DNA from: Planctomycetota bacterium
GTDB taxonomy: Bacteria > Planctomycetota > UBA1135 > JACQFD01
Direction: 5' to 3'
Length of the DNA: 64,000 bases
Assembly: GCA_016200225.1 (NCBI GenBank)
Contig: JACQFD010000022.1
Location: 175,362-239,361, forward strand
The first letter of the stretch is position 1, and every line of letters starts with the position of its first letter. A model generated the notes under the pieces. It saw nothing but the letters and a program-made list of their open reading frames with translations. It ran no database searches and was not told the origin of the DNA. Shown in pieces: positions 25,825 to 35,158 of this stretch. Both the position numbers and the translations under genes were made by a program.

Positions 25825-27009
25825 TTACAAACGCTCCACCGACATCGCGACCGCGTTGCCGCCGCCGAGGCACAGCGCGGCGAGGCCGCGTTTTTTGTTA
25901 CGGTCTTCGAGCGCGTGCAGCAAGGTTACCAAAATCCGCGCGCCGGACGCGCCGATCGGATGTCCGAGCGCGACGGCGCCGCCGCGGACGTTAATTCTTT
26001 CCGAATCGAGCGACATCGCCTTGCGAAGCGCGCACGCGGCCGAACTGAATGCTTCGTTAATTTCAATCAAATCGAACGCATCGGTCGTCAGTCCGGTTTT
26101 TTTGCACAAATTGCCGATCGCGATCTCGGGCGCGAGCATCACCCACTCGGGCGCGAGACCGCCGGTCGCGTAGCCGGTAATTTTAGCGAGCGGTTTCAAA
26201 CCCAACTTCTTCGCGCGCGCTTCGCTCATGACAACGAGCGCCGCGGCGCCGTCGTTGATGGTGGATGCGTTGCCCGCGGTCACGGTTCCTTTTTCTTTAC
26301 GAAACGCCGGCCGCAGTTTTGCGAGCGATTCCATCGTCGCATCGGCGCGCGGGCCCTCGTCTTTATTGATAATTATCGGATCGCCTTTCCGCTGCGGAAT
26401 CATAACATTAACGATCTCGCGCGCGAATTCGTTCTTCGCCCACGCGGCCACGGCGCGCTTGTGCGACTCCGCCGCGAACGCGTCCTGCTCTTCGCGCGAA
26501 ATGTTATATTTATCGGCGGCCTTCTCGCCGGTTTCGCCCATGTGAAAATTATTATAAATATCCCAAAGCCCGTCGTTCACCATCGAATCGATCAATTCGG
26601 CGTGGCCAAGCCGCGCGCCGGCGCGCGCCGAAGGTATTAGATACGGCACGTTGGTCATCGATTCCATGCCGCCCGCGACGATGATTTCCGCGTCGCCCGC
26701 GCGAATGGCCTGCGCCGCGAGCATGACGGATTTCAGACCCGAGCCGCAAACTTTATTGACCGTGAACGCGCCCACCGAATCCGGGATTCCGGCGCCGCGC
26801 AGCGCCTGTCGCGCGGGGTTTTGTCCGAGGCCGGCCTGCAGAACATTTCCCATGATGACTTCCTCGACGTCGCCCGGTTGGATGCCCGCGCGGCGGAGCG
26901 CGTCTTTTATAACAATAGCTCCAAGTTCGGGCGCGCGGAGCGGCGTGAGTGCGCCCTGAAATTTGCCAATGGCGGTGCGGCAGGCGGAGACGATGACGGC
27001 GTCGGTCAT
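25825..27009 (-). CDS. acetyl-CoA C-acetyltransferase (thiolase)
   Basis: Start at [17 protein letters not shown]; the six-frame ORF extends to 27345. Active-site Cys context is [12 protein letters not shown], and the glycine-rich C-terminus is present. Confidence 0.85.
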   Translation of the reverse strand: MTDAVIVSACRTAIGKFQGALTPLRAPELGAIVIKDALRRAGIQPGDVEEVIMGNVLQAGLGQNPARQALRGAGIPDSVGAFTVNKVCGSGLKSVMLAAQAIRAGDAEIIVAGGMESMTNVPYLIPSARAGARLGHAELIDSMVNDGLWDIYNNFHMGETGEKAADKYNISREEQDAFAAESHKRAVAAWAKNEFAREIVNVMIPQRKGDPIIINKDEGPRADATMESLAKLRPAFRKEKGTVTAGNASTINDGAAALVVMSEARAKKLGLKPLAKITGYATGGLAPEWVMLAPEIAIGNLCKKTGLTTDAFDLIEINEAFSSAACALRKAMSLDSERINVRGGAVALGHPIGASGARILVTLLHALEDRNKKRGLAALCLGGGNAVAMSVERL

Positions 27010-27061
27010 GGGAGGTTCGTTGGATATTGCAATGCGGTGACCTCGAAGAGTAACCGATCGA

Positions 27062-27093
27062 GTTGGCGTCAGCGAGCGCCGGGCGACGCCAAC
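27062..27093 (+). promoter_or_regulatory. 9-bp perfect inverted repeat in the divergent promoter region of the beta-oxidation operon
   Basis: gttggcgtc-N14-gacgccaac lies 53-84 bp upstream of the thiolase start. Confidence 0.3.
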
Positions 27094-27137
27094 GGGAATA
27101 CACGTGCGCGAGCGGGGATCGGTAAACTTGTAAAGCC

Positions 27138-29147
27138 ATGTCCAAGACCGCCTTGATGTTTGCGATCGGCCTGATGTTAGGCATTGGCGTGGGGTGTCTC
27201 CTCGGCACGGTCGCGTTCCGCGGCGAGCAGAGTTTACAAAAAGACGCCGCTGACCAGCCGGCGGGCGGACCGTCGGGGCGCGCGGCGGATCGTCCCGTCG
27301 CGACGGCGAACGGACCCGATCATGAACAAAAATCGGAAATAACAAATATGCCCGCGGTGGCGGCGGCCGCCGGACGCGAGGGCGCGCCGCGCGAGAAAAC
27401 GGCGGGAGCGTCGATACTTAAAGAGAAAGGCAACGGTAAAGTTTCAGGAAAAGTAATTGATATTAATAATCAGCCGGTCGCCGACGTTTTAATTACAATA
27501 AAAGGCTGGGGAATGCCCATTTCCGGAAAAACGAACGATGCGTACGCGTCGCCGCGTTCGCTCGACGACGCCATCCGCGACGCGACGCGCAATTTCGAAC
27601 GCGATGAGAGCGTGACGTGGCGCGCGAAGACCGGCGCCGGCGGCGCGTTTTTGTTCGATTCGCTCCCCGACGATCGTTTTGCGGTTTACGCGCGGAAGAC
27701 CGGGTTCGAAATCGAGGCCAAAAACGAGGCGCGCACGCAATTGCGCGTCGGCGCGGACGTAACTTTTATCGCCGTTGAATTGATAGAAGTCCCAGTTGTT
27801 GTAAGAATGCCGGACGGGAGCGCGCCGGCCGGGGCGAAGATCAACGGATATCGCGACGAGAACGGATCGAGCCGGTCGTTTTATGAATATTGGACACCGG
27901 ACGCGCCGACGTTGAAGGCCATTCCCGGATCTTACTATTTGGGAGCGTCGATCGACGCGGGCCGCGATCGCGACGCGCTGAGCGCCGAGGGAAAGAGATT
28001 CTTGTTCGAATCCGGCAAGCCGCCCGCGCCCGTCGTGCTCGAACTGCGCGAACAGTTAAAAATAACAGGACGGTTTATTTATGAAGATCCGGACGAGCGG
28101 CACAGCGCGATCGTACACATCGCGCCGCACTCGAAGGAGAACGACGCGGATCCGCAGCGGATCAAGCTCGGCGGAAAAACGACCAACGGTTCGGAGGAAT
28201 ACGTCTTTAATAATATGAAGGCGGGAATTTACGATCTCGGCGTCTGCCGCGACTGGCGCGAATCGGTGGTGTTTTCGGCGACTGTAAATATTACAAATCA
28301 TTCCGTCAATCAGGATTTGAGAATTCCCGCGATGCGCGCGCAGGATTGTTTTATTGTAAAAGCGACGGATCAGAAAGGCGGCGCCGTCATGGGGCTTGTC
28401 TTTAATTTTCAAGGATATGCCGGCGCGGAATACATGAATGAACGGGCGTCCGCGGTGATGAAGTCCGGCGGCGAATATTGGCTTCGAATGCCGGCCGCGG
28501 CGGGCCCGGCGATTTCGGACCAGAGCCGGCGGGGGATTTCATTACAAATACAATCGCCGACGCACGGAACATTAACGATTCCGCTCGAACCCGCGCAGCG
28601 CGAAGCAACGGTCGTGTTTCAGGATCCGGCGACGCTGCGGGTGCAAGTATCGCAAACCGCCGGCAGCGGCGTCGAAGGCGCGCTGTCCGTACGCATTCGC
28701 GATTCTAAAGGATTTGGCTTCGGATTTCGCGACGTCGATGCCGACGGCGTGGCGGAAATTTTTCCGATCGTTCCCGGAGAATACAAATTGGAATTGTTAG
28801 TTCGCGGCGGCGGCAGCGGGCGCGAAAATCAGTCGATGCAGGCTGCGTCGACGTCCGTATCCATACAATCGGGACAAAACAACGCGACGTTGACCTGTCC
28901 GGCCGTCTGTAGTTTTATATTAAGAGTGCCGGACTCGAAAATCGGCGATTGGGTCGACTTGAATTCCGCCGACGGAAAAGTATTAACGGGCACGCTGCGC
29001 TGCAAAGTCGCCGAAGGCTCGATGGTACAGTTCCAAAATATCCCGAACGGCGATTATAGAATTTCGCACCACACGACGAACGGCACGCGGCGCGAAATGT
29101 CCGTACGGCTCCCCGTGAACGGCGAAATTACGCTTCAGCCGAATTGA
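27138..29147 (+). CDS. large signal-anchored/secreted protein with repeated beta-sandwich-like modules (hypothetical)
   Basis: 669 aa. The N-terminal TM is [21 protein letters not shown]. Segments such as [23 protein letters not shown] resemble carboxypeptidase-regulatory-like domains. Confidence 0.45.
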   Translation: MSKTALMFAIGLMLGIGVGCLLGTVAFRGEQSLQKDAADQPAGGPSGRAADRPVATANGPDHEQKSEITNMPAVAAAAGREGAPREKTAGASILKEKGNGKVSGKVIDINNQPVADVLITIKGWGMPISGKTNDAYASPRSLDDAIRDATRNFERDESVTWRAKTGAGGAFLFDSLPDDRFAVYARKTGFEIEAKNEARTQLRVGADVTFIAVELIEVPVVVRMPDGSAPAGAKINGYRDENGSSRSFYEYWTPDAPTLKAIPGSYYLGASIDAGRDRDALSAEGKRFLFESGKPPAPVVLELREQLKITGRFIYEDPDERHSAIVHIAPHSKENDADPQRIKLGGKTTNGSEEYVFNNMKAGIYDLGVCRDWRESVVFSATVNITNHSVNQDLRIPAMRAQDCFIVKATDQKGGAVMGLVFNFQGYAGAEYMNERASAVMKSGGEYWLRMPAAAGPAISDQSRRGISLQIQSPTHGTLTIPLEPAQREATVVFQDPATLRVQVSQTAGSGVEGALSVRIRDSKGFGFGFRDVDADGVAEIFPIVPGEYKLELLVRGGGSGRENQSMQAASTSVSIQSGQNNATLTCPAVCSFILRVPDSKIGDWVDLNSADGKVLTGTLRCKVAEGSMVQFQNIPNGDYRISHHTTNGTRREMSVRLPVNGEITLQPN

Positions 29148-29160
29148 CAGGCGGCGGTTT

Positions 29161-30471
29161 TCAATCCCCGCCGATCTCCATCCTAAAATTCTTACGTATC
29201 TGTAAACGCCACGGTTTCATGACGTCCGCCTGCTCCGCGTAATCGGGCCATTTTTCGACGGCGGCGCGGACTTCATTTATAATTGTTTCGGCGCGGCCGC
29301 GCTTCATCATCGCTTGTTTCGCGCACGCGCGGAAATCGGCCGTCGTGAAATTGTCGCGTTTGCCGTTCAGTGTCATTTGATGATTCGCGGTCCATGTGCC
29401 CGCGGGATTATAACTATACGTCATGTCGTACGCGGGCGAGAGCGACCACGTTCCGTTCTTATCCATTAGAAACGCGATATTCTTCACGTGGTCGTCCTGA
29501 TTGCGGCAGATGATATTAAAAACCATGCGCCGGAATTGTTCTTCGACTGCTCCCATCGGTAGTTTTAAACTTCTCACTGTCATCAGCGCCTGTTCATACG
29601 AATAAGCGCCGGGTTGATTGAAATCGAAATGCGCGATGGCGCAAAGCGATTGCATATGTAGCTTTTCGCCGGTTTCGAGGCGGTCGAATCGCCGTGTCAT
29701 GAAGTGCCGCCGCCCGCTCTCCTCGAGAAGCCGGCACTCGCTCATGTCGACGCCCGCCGCTTTCGCCATCAACGAATAGGCATATTCGATCGCGCCGTAA
29801 CCTTTGGGATCCTCGAGTTCCTTATCTTTATTTCCGGCGACGCCGTCGAATTTTAATAACCAATATTCGAAGCCCTTCCCGGCCTCGACCTGTCCCGACC
29901 GTACTTCATTCGTTTTCCGATTCCATGCAATCACGGCCTTTGCCCGCGCGCCCGCGGCCGATGTGCCGACGCGCAATATATCGTTTAGCGCGGTTTTCCG
30001 TTCGGCGCCGGCAAATGTAGTCTTCAAATCGCGCCGTCGGCTCAACACTTCCGACGCGAGTTTCACGAGCGAGTCGATTTCGATTTTTTTCGCGCGCTGC
30101 GGCCGCGGTCCGAGCACGGGCGCGAATTCGAGCGCGCCCATTCCGCGGGCTCCAATATAACAAAGACGCTCCACGGAATTGAAGCTTTCGGGCGTCCGTC
30201 CCTGTGTCGCGAGCCATGCGTTGATGAGTGCATTTCCGAATCGGTCGGGAAGCGAATCCGCCAGCAACCCCGGCAATCCGTGAAACGCGGCGGGCGGCAA
30301 TTCCGGAAATGTATATATACGATCGCCGAGCGGCATCGCCACCGGCGATACTTCAATTCCACTCTTGGCGAACGCCGGATCATACTGAAACGAAGCGGCC
30401 GCGCCCGCGTCGTCGAGCGAAACGGCACCGATCTCCCGGCCCCAGAGCCGCACTTCCGCGAGCGTTATCAT
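29161..30471 (-). CDS. hipA: HipA-family serine/threonine kinase toxin
   Basis: HipA N-terminal region (LPGLLADSLPDRFGNALINAWL) and C-terminal kinase core (DDHVKNIAFLMDKNGTWSLSPAYDMTYSYNP). Confidence 0.85.
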   Translation of the reverse strand: MITLAEVRLWGREIGAVSLDDAGAAASFQYDPAFAKSGIEVSPVAMPLGDRIYTFPELPPAAFHGLPGLLADSLPDRFGNALINAWLATQGRTPESFNSVERLCYIGARGMGALEFAPVLGPRPQRAKKIEIDSLVKLASEVLSRRRDLKTTFAGAERKTALNDILRVGTSAAGARAKAVIAWNRKTNEVRSGQVEAGKGFEYWLLKFDGVAGNKDKELEDPKGYGAIEYAYSLMAKAAGVDMSECRLLEESGRRHFMTRRFDRLETGEKLHMQSLCAIAHFDFNQPGAYSYEQALMTVRSLKLPMGAVEEQFRRMVFNIICRNQDDHVKNIAFLMDKNGTWSLSPAYDMTYSYNPAGTWTANHQMTLNGKRDNFTTADFRACAKQAMMKRGRAETIINEVRAAVEKWPDYAEQADVMKPWRLQIRKNFRMEIGGD

Positions 30472-30821
30472 TTATTATCTCCCCAACTCCATTTTCCGGC
30501 CGAAGGGCCGGACGGTTTTTTCGCAGAGGCGCGCATGCGCGTGCGGCCGCGAAGTTTCAATTGTGCGATCGGGCTCGGCGGCGGTTCGGCGACGATCATG
30601 TCGAATCGATCGAGCATGTCGAGCGCGCGGCAGACGCGGATCAACGCCGACAGATGCGCGGCGACGCTTCCCGATTCGAGCCGCTCCAGCGTCCGCTTCG
30701 AAATCCCGGCCTGCTCGGCCAATTCCGCTTGCGTCAAATTGTGTTCGAGCCGGATGCGCGCGAATCGTTCGCCCAGCTCGCGGAGAATTGCGTCATCTGT
30801 GGCTTGCTTTGTGATCTTCAT
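30468..30821 (-). CDS. hipB: HipB-like XRE-family HTH antitoxin/regulator
   Basis: LTQAELAEQAGISKRTLERLESG. There is a 4-bp ATGA overlap with hipA. Confidence 0.75.
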   Translation of the reverse strand: MKITKQATDDAILRELGERFARIRLEHNLTQAELAEQAGISKRTLERLESGSVAAHLSALIRVCRALDMLDRFDMIVAEPPPSPIAQLKLRGRTRMRASAKKPSGPSAGKWSWGDNK

Positions 30822-30842
30822 AACGCGCCAAATATGGCGAGT

Positions 30843-30881
30843 AATCGTCGAAAAGTCAATGAATTCGCCAGAATCGTCGAA
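30843..30881 (+). promoter_or_regulatory. two perfect 10-bp direct repeats (aatcgtcgaa) upstream of hipB
   Basis: Copies lie at 30843-30852 and 30872-30881, which is 22-60 bp upstream of the hipB start on the minus strand. Confidence 0.3.
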
Positions 30882-30977
30882 TTATCTTCAATGCTGGTTG
30901 TCGTCACTACTGGCGAATCCGGCAACATCGCGCCGGCGGCTACGGAAGGCGCCGGACCCAGGACACAGACCGATTTG

Positions 30978-33023
30978 TTAACTAATTTTTCCGAGCCCGC
31001 CTTTCGCCCCGCCGTCGCGCTGGCTCATCTGTTGTAATAACAATGCGGTGATCACGCCTCCGATCCCGCCGCCGCCGTCGCCGCCCGCGACAATGTCGGG
31101 CGTGATGCGCAGTCCTTTTTCGGCAATTTTATCAATAACTTGCACGAGCGCGAGGCCGCCCGGCCCGAGCGCGGCCGTTTGTTCATGATACGCGACGCCC
31201 TGCGCGCGTCCCTGCAGTTCTGTAACATGCGCCGCCGCTTCGCCGGTTTTTCTTGTATAATCCGCGTCGCCCTCGCCCTGTTTCATTTTGGCTTTCGCGT
31301 GGCGCTCGGCAATTGTAATACCCGTTTCCGCTTTAATTAAAGCATCCTGCTGGTCGGCCTCGGCCTTTTTTCTTTCGAATGCGATGCGCTTTTCCTCGGC
31401 CGCCTGTTGCGCTTCGTACATCGACTGGCGAACTTCGGCGAGGTTCTTTTCCTGCGTGGTTTTCATCAGCGCCTCGGGCAGGTGGATATTGGTTATCATT
31501 ACAGATACGACCTCGACGCGGTACTGGCTCAAATCGTCGCGCACGGCGTCCTCGGCCGCTTTTTGCTCGACCGCGCGGTTTTGTTGATAACTGATCGCCG
31601 GCGATTTGGATACTTGCGCTCGGAAAATGCCGTCGATCTGCGGGTGAATAACGTTGCGTTCGAGTTCCTCGACGGAGCCGAGTTTCGACACGACGTACGG
31701 CGCATGCTCCGGAAGAATGCGATACTGGCAGCGAACTTCGACGCGCATCTCGAATCCGTCGTGGGAGACGACGACGAACGGATCGAAATTGTTATTTGTA
31801 CCGTTCGCGGCCCATTCGACCGAACGCGTCGTCGTCGGCACGATGACCACGCTGTACGCGAGCGGATTTAAATTATATTTTCCGGGACCGAGCGTCGTTT
31901 GTTGTATTCCGCGATAACCCTCGGGAACGACGTGGCGCTGTCGCGCGCGCTGCGCGAGGCGCGCTTCCTCGGGATCCGTCGTTCCTTTCGAAATCGGTTC
32001 GTCGCCTTCGAACAATTCCGCCGGATCCTTTCCGATGTTACTGATCAATACGCCGACTTCGCCCTGCTTCACGACGGTCTGCGGCTTCATGACGACATCG
32101 AACAGAAGCGGATTGATATAATACTGCCCCGGCGAAAGCACGACTTCCTGCGGTCCGCGCGTGCCTCCGAGATCGAGATAACGCTGGCCGTTTTGAAAGT
32201 TCTGAATTTCCTTAACATCCGGCGTCCTCGCGACGACGTCGCCTTTCGGCATCGGCGCGCCCGCTTTGGATTCGACGACGCCGACTTCGTTTTCGCGCAT
32301 CGAGATCGCGTCGCGAATCTCCACCCGGAACATATCTGTAAATATATTATATGTTCCCGGCCGGAGAAAATCGATCTGCGGACCCTTTTGGCCGCCCATT
32401 CTTAAGAATTCCTCGGCTTTCTGAAAATTATCATGTCCGGCGATGCTGTGGCCGAGGAGCTGGCCCTGATCGAGCGGCGCGCCGTCGGCGGCCGTTACGA
32501 TGCCGATGCGGCCCTGCGGAACGACGGTTTTTTGTATCTTATCGACATCGAAAAGAAATGGATGTATCTTATAAGTTCCGGGAGTCAGAAATCGTAGTTG
32601 CTTGCCGCGGATTCCGCCGGAATCCAAGAAAGCCGTGGGATTCTGAAAATTAAAGTGCTGTCCGCCGGCCTTGTCCTCGGCAAAAATGCGATCCGACGGA
32701 AGCGGTTCGCCGTCGATGGCGGTGACCACGGCGAGTTCGTCGGAATTGACGGCGACGAAGTTCTCTTTCTTAATCACCCGGACGATTGGATATAATACAA
32801 AATGGAGTCCCGGCCCGAGATAACCCGACTGAATGCCGACTTCGTCGGTGGTCGCGAATACGCGCCCCGTCGCGAGCGCTTTGCCCAAAAACCGGCGCTC
32901 CAGAATTGCAATTTGCGTCGGCCCGACATTAACGATCGTTTTTAATGAAAAGAAAAATAAAATAAAGAAAACGACGACGGCTGGAATCAGCCAGGCGAGA
33001 TTCTGTTCGATGTAGGGCGGCAC
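30978..33023 (-). CDS. flotillin-like SPFH/band-7 protein with internal tandem repeats
   Basis: 681 aa. N-terminal TM is LAWLIPAVVVFFILFFFSL. SPFH onset is GPTQIAILERRFLGK...GLHFVLYPIVRV. Four further copies of a roughly 85-aa (L/V)xPGxYxxxPxLF(D/R)V...G(R/E)(I/V)G(I/V)(V/L) module follow. Then comes the SPFH core (RVEVRCQYRIL...VVSVMITNIHLPEA) and an E/A/K-rich flotillin tail. Confidence 0.75.
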   Translation of the reverse strand: MPPYIEQNLAWLIPAVVVFFILFFFSLKTIVNVGPTQIAILERRFLGKALATGRVFATTDEVGIQSGYLGPGLHFVLYPIVRVIKKENFVAVNSDELAVVTAIDGEPLPSDRIFAEDKAGGQHFNFQNPTAFLDSGGIRGKQLRFLTPGTYKIHPFLFDVDKIQKTVVPQGRIGIVTAADGAPLDQGQLLGHSIAGHDNFQKAEEFLRMGGQKGPQIDFLRPGTYNIFTDMFRVEIRDAISMRENEVGVVESKAGAPMPKGDVVARTPDVKEIQNFQNGQRYLDLGGTRGPQEVVLSPGQYYINPLLFDVVMKPQTVVKQGEVGVLISNIGKDPAELFEGDEPISKGTTDPEEARLAQRARQRHVVPEGYRGIQQTTLGPGKYNLNPLAYSVVIVPTTTRSVEWAANGTNNNFDPFVVVSHDGFEMRVEVRCQYRILPEHAPYVVSKLGSVEELERNVIHPQIDGIFRAQVSKSPAISYQQNRAVEQKAAEDAVRDDLSQYRVEVVSVMITNIHLPEALMKTTQEKNLAEVRQSMYEAQQAAEEKRIAFERKKAEADQQDALIKAETGITIAERHAKAKMKQGEGDADYTRKTGEAAAHVTELQGRAQGVAYHEQTAALGPGGLALVQVIDKIAEKGLRITPDIVAGGDGGGGIGGVITALLLQQMSQRDGGAKGGLGKIS

Positions 33024-33135
33024 GTTCGCTCCGTTGAATTGAGATCTTTGCGCGGATCTTACCGGCGCACAGTTCGCGTCCGCGCAAAAATCCTTCCAGC
33101 GAAATCCGAAAATTTGTCCGGCGATGCCGGCGCGG

Positions 33136-33663
33136 TCAACCGTTGAAGTCGTAAATATACGAAAGTCGCTGTTTTGCCACGATCAGATACTTCAGTCGCG
33201 CGAGGATTGCGAGCGGATCGTCGTCGCCTTGAAGATCGATCCCGCGGATTTTGGGTTCTTCGACTACAAAAAACCGCCGGTTCTTATCATTAATTTCGTA
33301 GGATCCCGGCCGGACTTCGCCCGCAATTTCAAAATTAACCGATCCGACATGAAACGCGCGGATCGAAATGAGCGCCCGCGACTCCGCCTCGGACAATTTT
33401 TTTAAGTAGAAATCGCCGGCGTCGAGAAATTCGTGCGCGAGTACGACGCGCTCCATGTTTACCAAAATACGCGGCGTTCGAATTTCGTTGCGGCTTCGGA
33501 GGTCGATGAGCGTCGCCTCGCGTACACTAATAAAATTCTGACGATACTGATCGAGGTGATCGCTAAGCCGCTTTGTTTTGTTATCCACGGACCCCTTGAT
33601 CAAGAAGGCATCGGTCAATAGCAGATCGGTAACGATGGCTGGTCTGGGCATGGCTCGTGCCAT
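33136..33663 (-). CDS. hypothetical cytoplasmic protein (175 aa) between folC and the flotillin gene
   Basis: The internal start MARAMPRPAIV is used because the longer ORF overlaps folC in another frame. No motif was recognised. Confidence 0.4.
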   Translation of the reverse strand: MARAMPRPAIVTDLLLTDAFLIKGSVDNKTKRLSDHLDQYRQNFISVREATLIDLRSRNEIRTPRILVNMERVVLAHEFLDAGDFYLKKLSEAESRALISIRAFHVGSVNFEIAGEVRPGSYEINDKNRRFFVVEEPKIRGIDLQGDDDPLAILARLKYLIVAKQRLSYIYDFNG

Positions 33664-33742
33664 TCTTATCGGCAGGCGACCCGGATCCGCTCGAATTTCA
33701 CGGTGAACGGGTACGCGCCGTTCGATTCCAACAAATGGCGGG

Positions 33743-35074
33743 CTAGACTGCGAGCCGCCCGCGGGCCTCGCCGACCAAATATAACGATCCCGTGATGACG
33801 ACCAGCCCCGTCGCGCCCGCGGCGGTCCGCGCCGCCGGGAGCGCATCGTCGAGCGACAGCGAAATGCAATGATCCATGCCCGCGGCCTTCGCGGCGCGGT
33901 CCATTTCGTCGGGAAGCGCCGCGCGCGGCGATTTTGTCCGCGTGATAATACAAATATCCACGCGCCCGGCGACCGCCGCGAACAATCGTTGCAGATCTTT
34001 ATCGCGCGAAGCGCCGAAGACGACGACGCGCGGACGTCCCGGAAAGGACTCGTCAATACTATCAAAAAGCAAAGTTAAAGATTCCGAAGTGTGGGCGCCG
34101 TCGAGTATGATCGGAGGCGCGTCGCCAAAGACTTCAAATCGACCGGGCACGCGGAGATCGCCCGCGCCCGCGGGAGCGCCTTCAAGCGCCGCGCGCGCGT
34201 TGTGAACAATTCCGCGCGATTCGAGATCGTCGACCATCGCGACTGCGAGCGCGAGATTCTCGATTTGATATCGGGCGCGTCCCGGAAGCCGAATATCTGT
34301 ATAAACCCGCCGCACGGTTTCGACGTCGACAAGAAACCCCCCCTCGTCCGCGCGCACGTGTCGCGCGGAGAATTCGCGTCCTAACACAAGCACCGGCGCG
34401 CCGCATTCGGCGGCCGTGCGAGCGATCGCGCGACCTTGCGGAGTTTGCGGATTTGTTACAGAGAACAACGGCACGCCTCGCCGCGCGATCGCGGCTTTTT
34501 CCGTCGCAATTTCGACGAGCGTTTTTCCAAGCACTTCCGTGTGTTCGAGTCCAAGCGCCGTCACCGCCGTCGAAATCTTGACATCGATGCCATTCGTAGA
34601 ATCGAGGCGGCCGCCGAGTCCGGTTTCGAGCACGGCGAATTCGACGCCCCGCCGCTCGAAACAAAGAATCGCCGCGGCCGTTAATATATCAAAAAACGTG
34701 GCCTTCGATTCTTCAACGAAAGGTTCGGTCGCCAAAACGGCTTCATACAATTGCGACCCCTCGATCGGCTGGCCGTCGATCGCGACACGTTCCTCGAGTC
34801 GCTGCAAATGCGGCGAAATAAATCGTCCCGTGCGCGCGCCCGCGCGGCGAAGAAACGCGTCGACAAACCAAGTCGTGGAACCTTTGCCTTTCGTGCCCGC
34901 GATGTGAATGCACTGAAGCTTCTTTTCCGGATGGCAGAGGCGTTCCAGAAGCAATTTGATCGGACTTAAATCAAACGTCGCGCCCCGTCGGTCCAATTGC
35001 TCGTAATTCGTCCGCGTCCGCAAAAACGCAAGCGCGCGCTCGCCCGGGTCGGTCACGTCGAGAGGTTCGGTCAC
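33743..35074 (-). CDS. folC: folylpolyglutamate synthase / dihydrofolate synthase
   Basis: Mur-ligase P-loop HIAGTKGKGST. The proposed GTG start at 35074 (VTEPLDVTDPGERALAFL) gives a typical 443-aa protein. The six-frame ORF extends to 35380. Confidence 0.8.
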   Translation of the reverse strand: MTEPLDVTDPGERALAFLRTRTNYEQLDRRGATFDLSPIKLLLERLCHPEKKLQCIHIAGTKGKGSTTWFVDAFLRRAGARTGRFISPHLQRLEERVAIDGQPIEGSQLYEAVLATEPFVEESKATFFDILTAAAILCFERRGVEFAVLETGLGGRLDSTNGIDVKISTAVTALGLEHTEVLGKTLVEIATEKAAIARRGVPLFSVTNPQTPQGRAIARTAAECGAPVLVLGREFSARHVRADEGGFLVDVETVRRVYTDIRLPGRARYQIENLALAVAMVDDLESRGIVHNARAALEGAPAGAGDLRVPGRFEVFGDAPPIILDGAHTSESLTLLFDSIDESFPGRPRVVVFGASRDKDLQRLFAAVAGRVDICIITRTKSPRAALPDEMDRAAKAAGMDHCISLSLDDALPAARTAAGATGLVVITGSLYLVGEARGRLAV

Positions 35075-35158
35075 GAGGAGGCGGAGTAAATTATTAAGAT
35101 ATTTCTGGAAGCTCGTTTTTCGGTAACCTAAAATAACTCGCGCTTCGATTATTAAACT

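Noticed and set aside
33136-34065. 309-aa ORF extending the 175-aa gene upstream into folC.
   Set aside because: The upstream 134 codons overlap the folC C-terminus in a different frame and are Arg/Ser/Pro-rich shadow sequence. The internal Met at 33663 gives a compact gene that ends folC-proximal without overlap.
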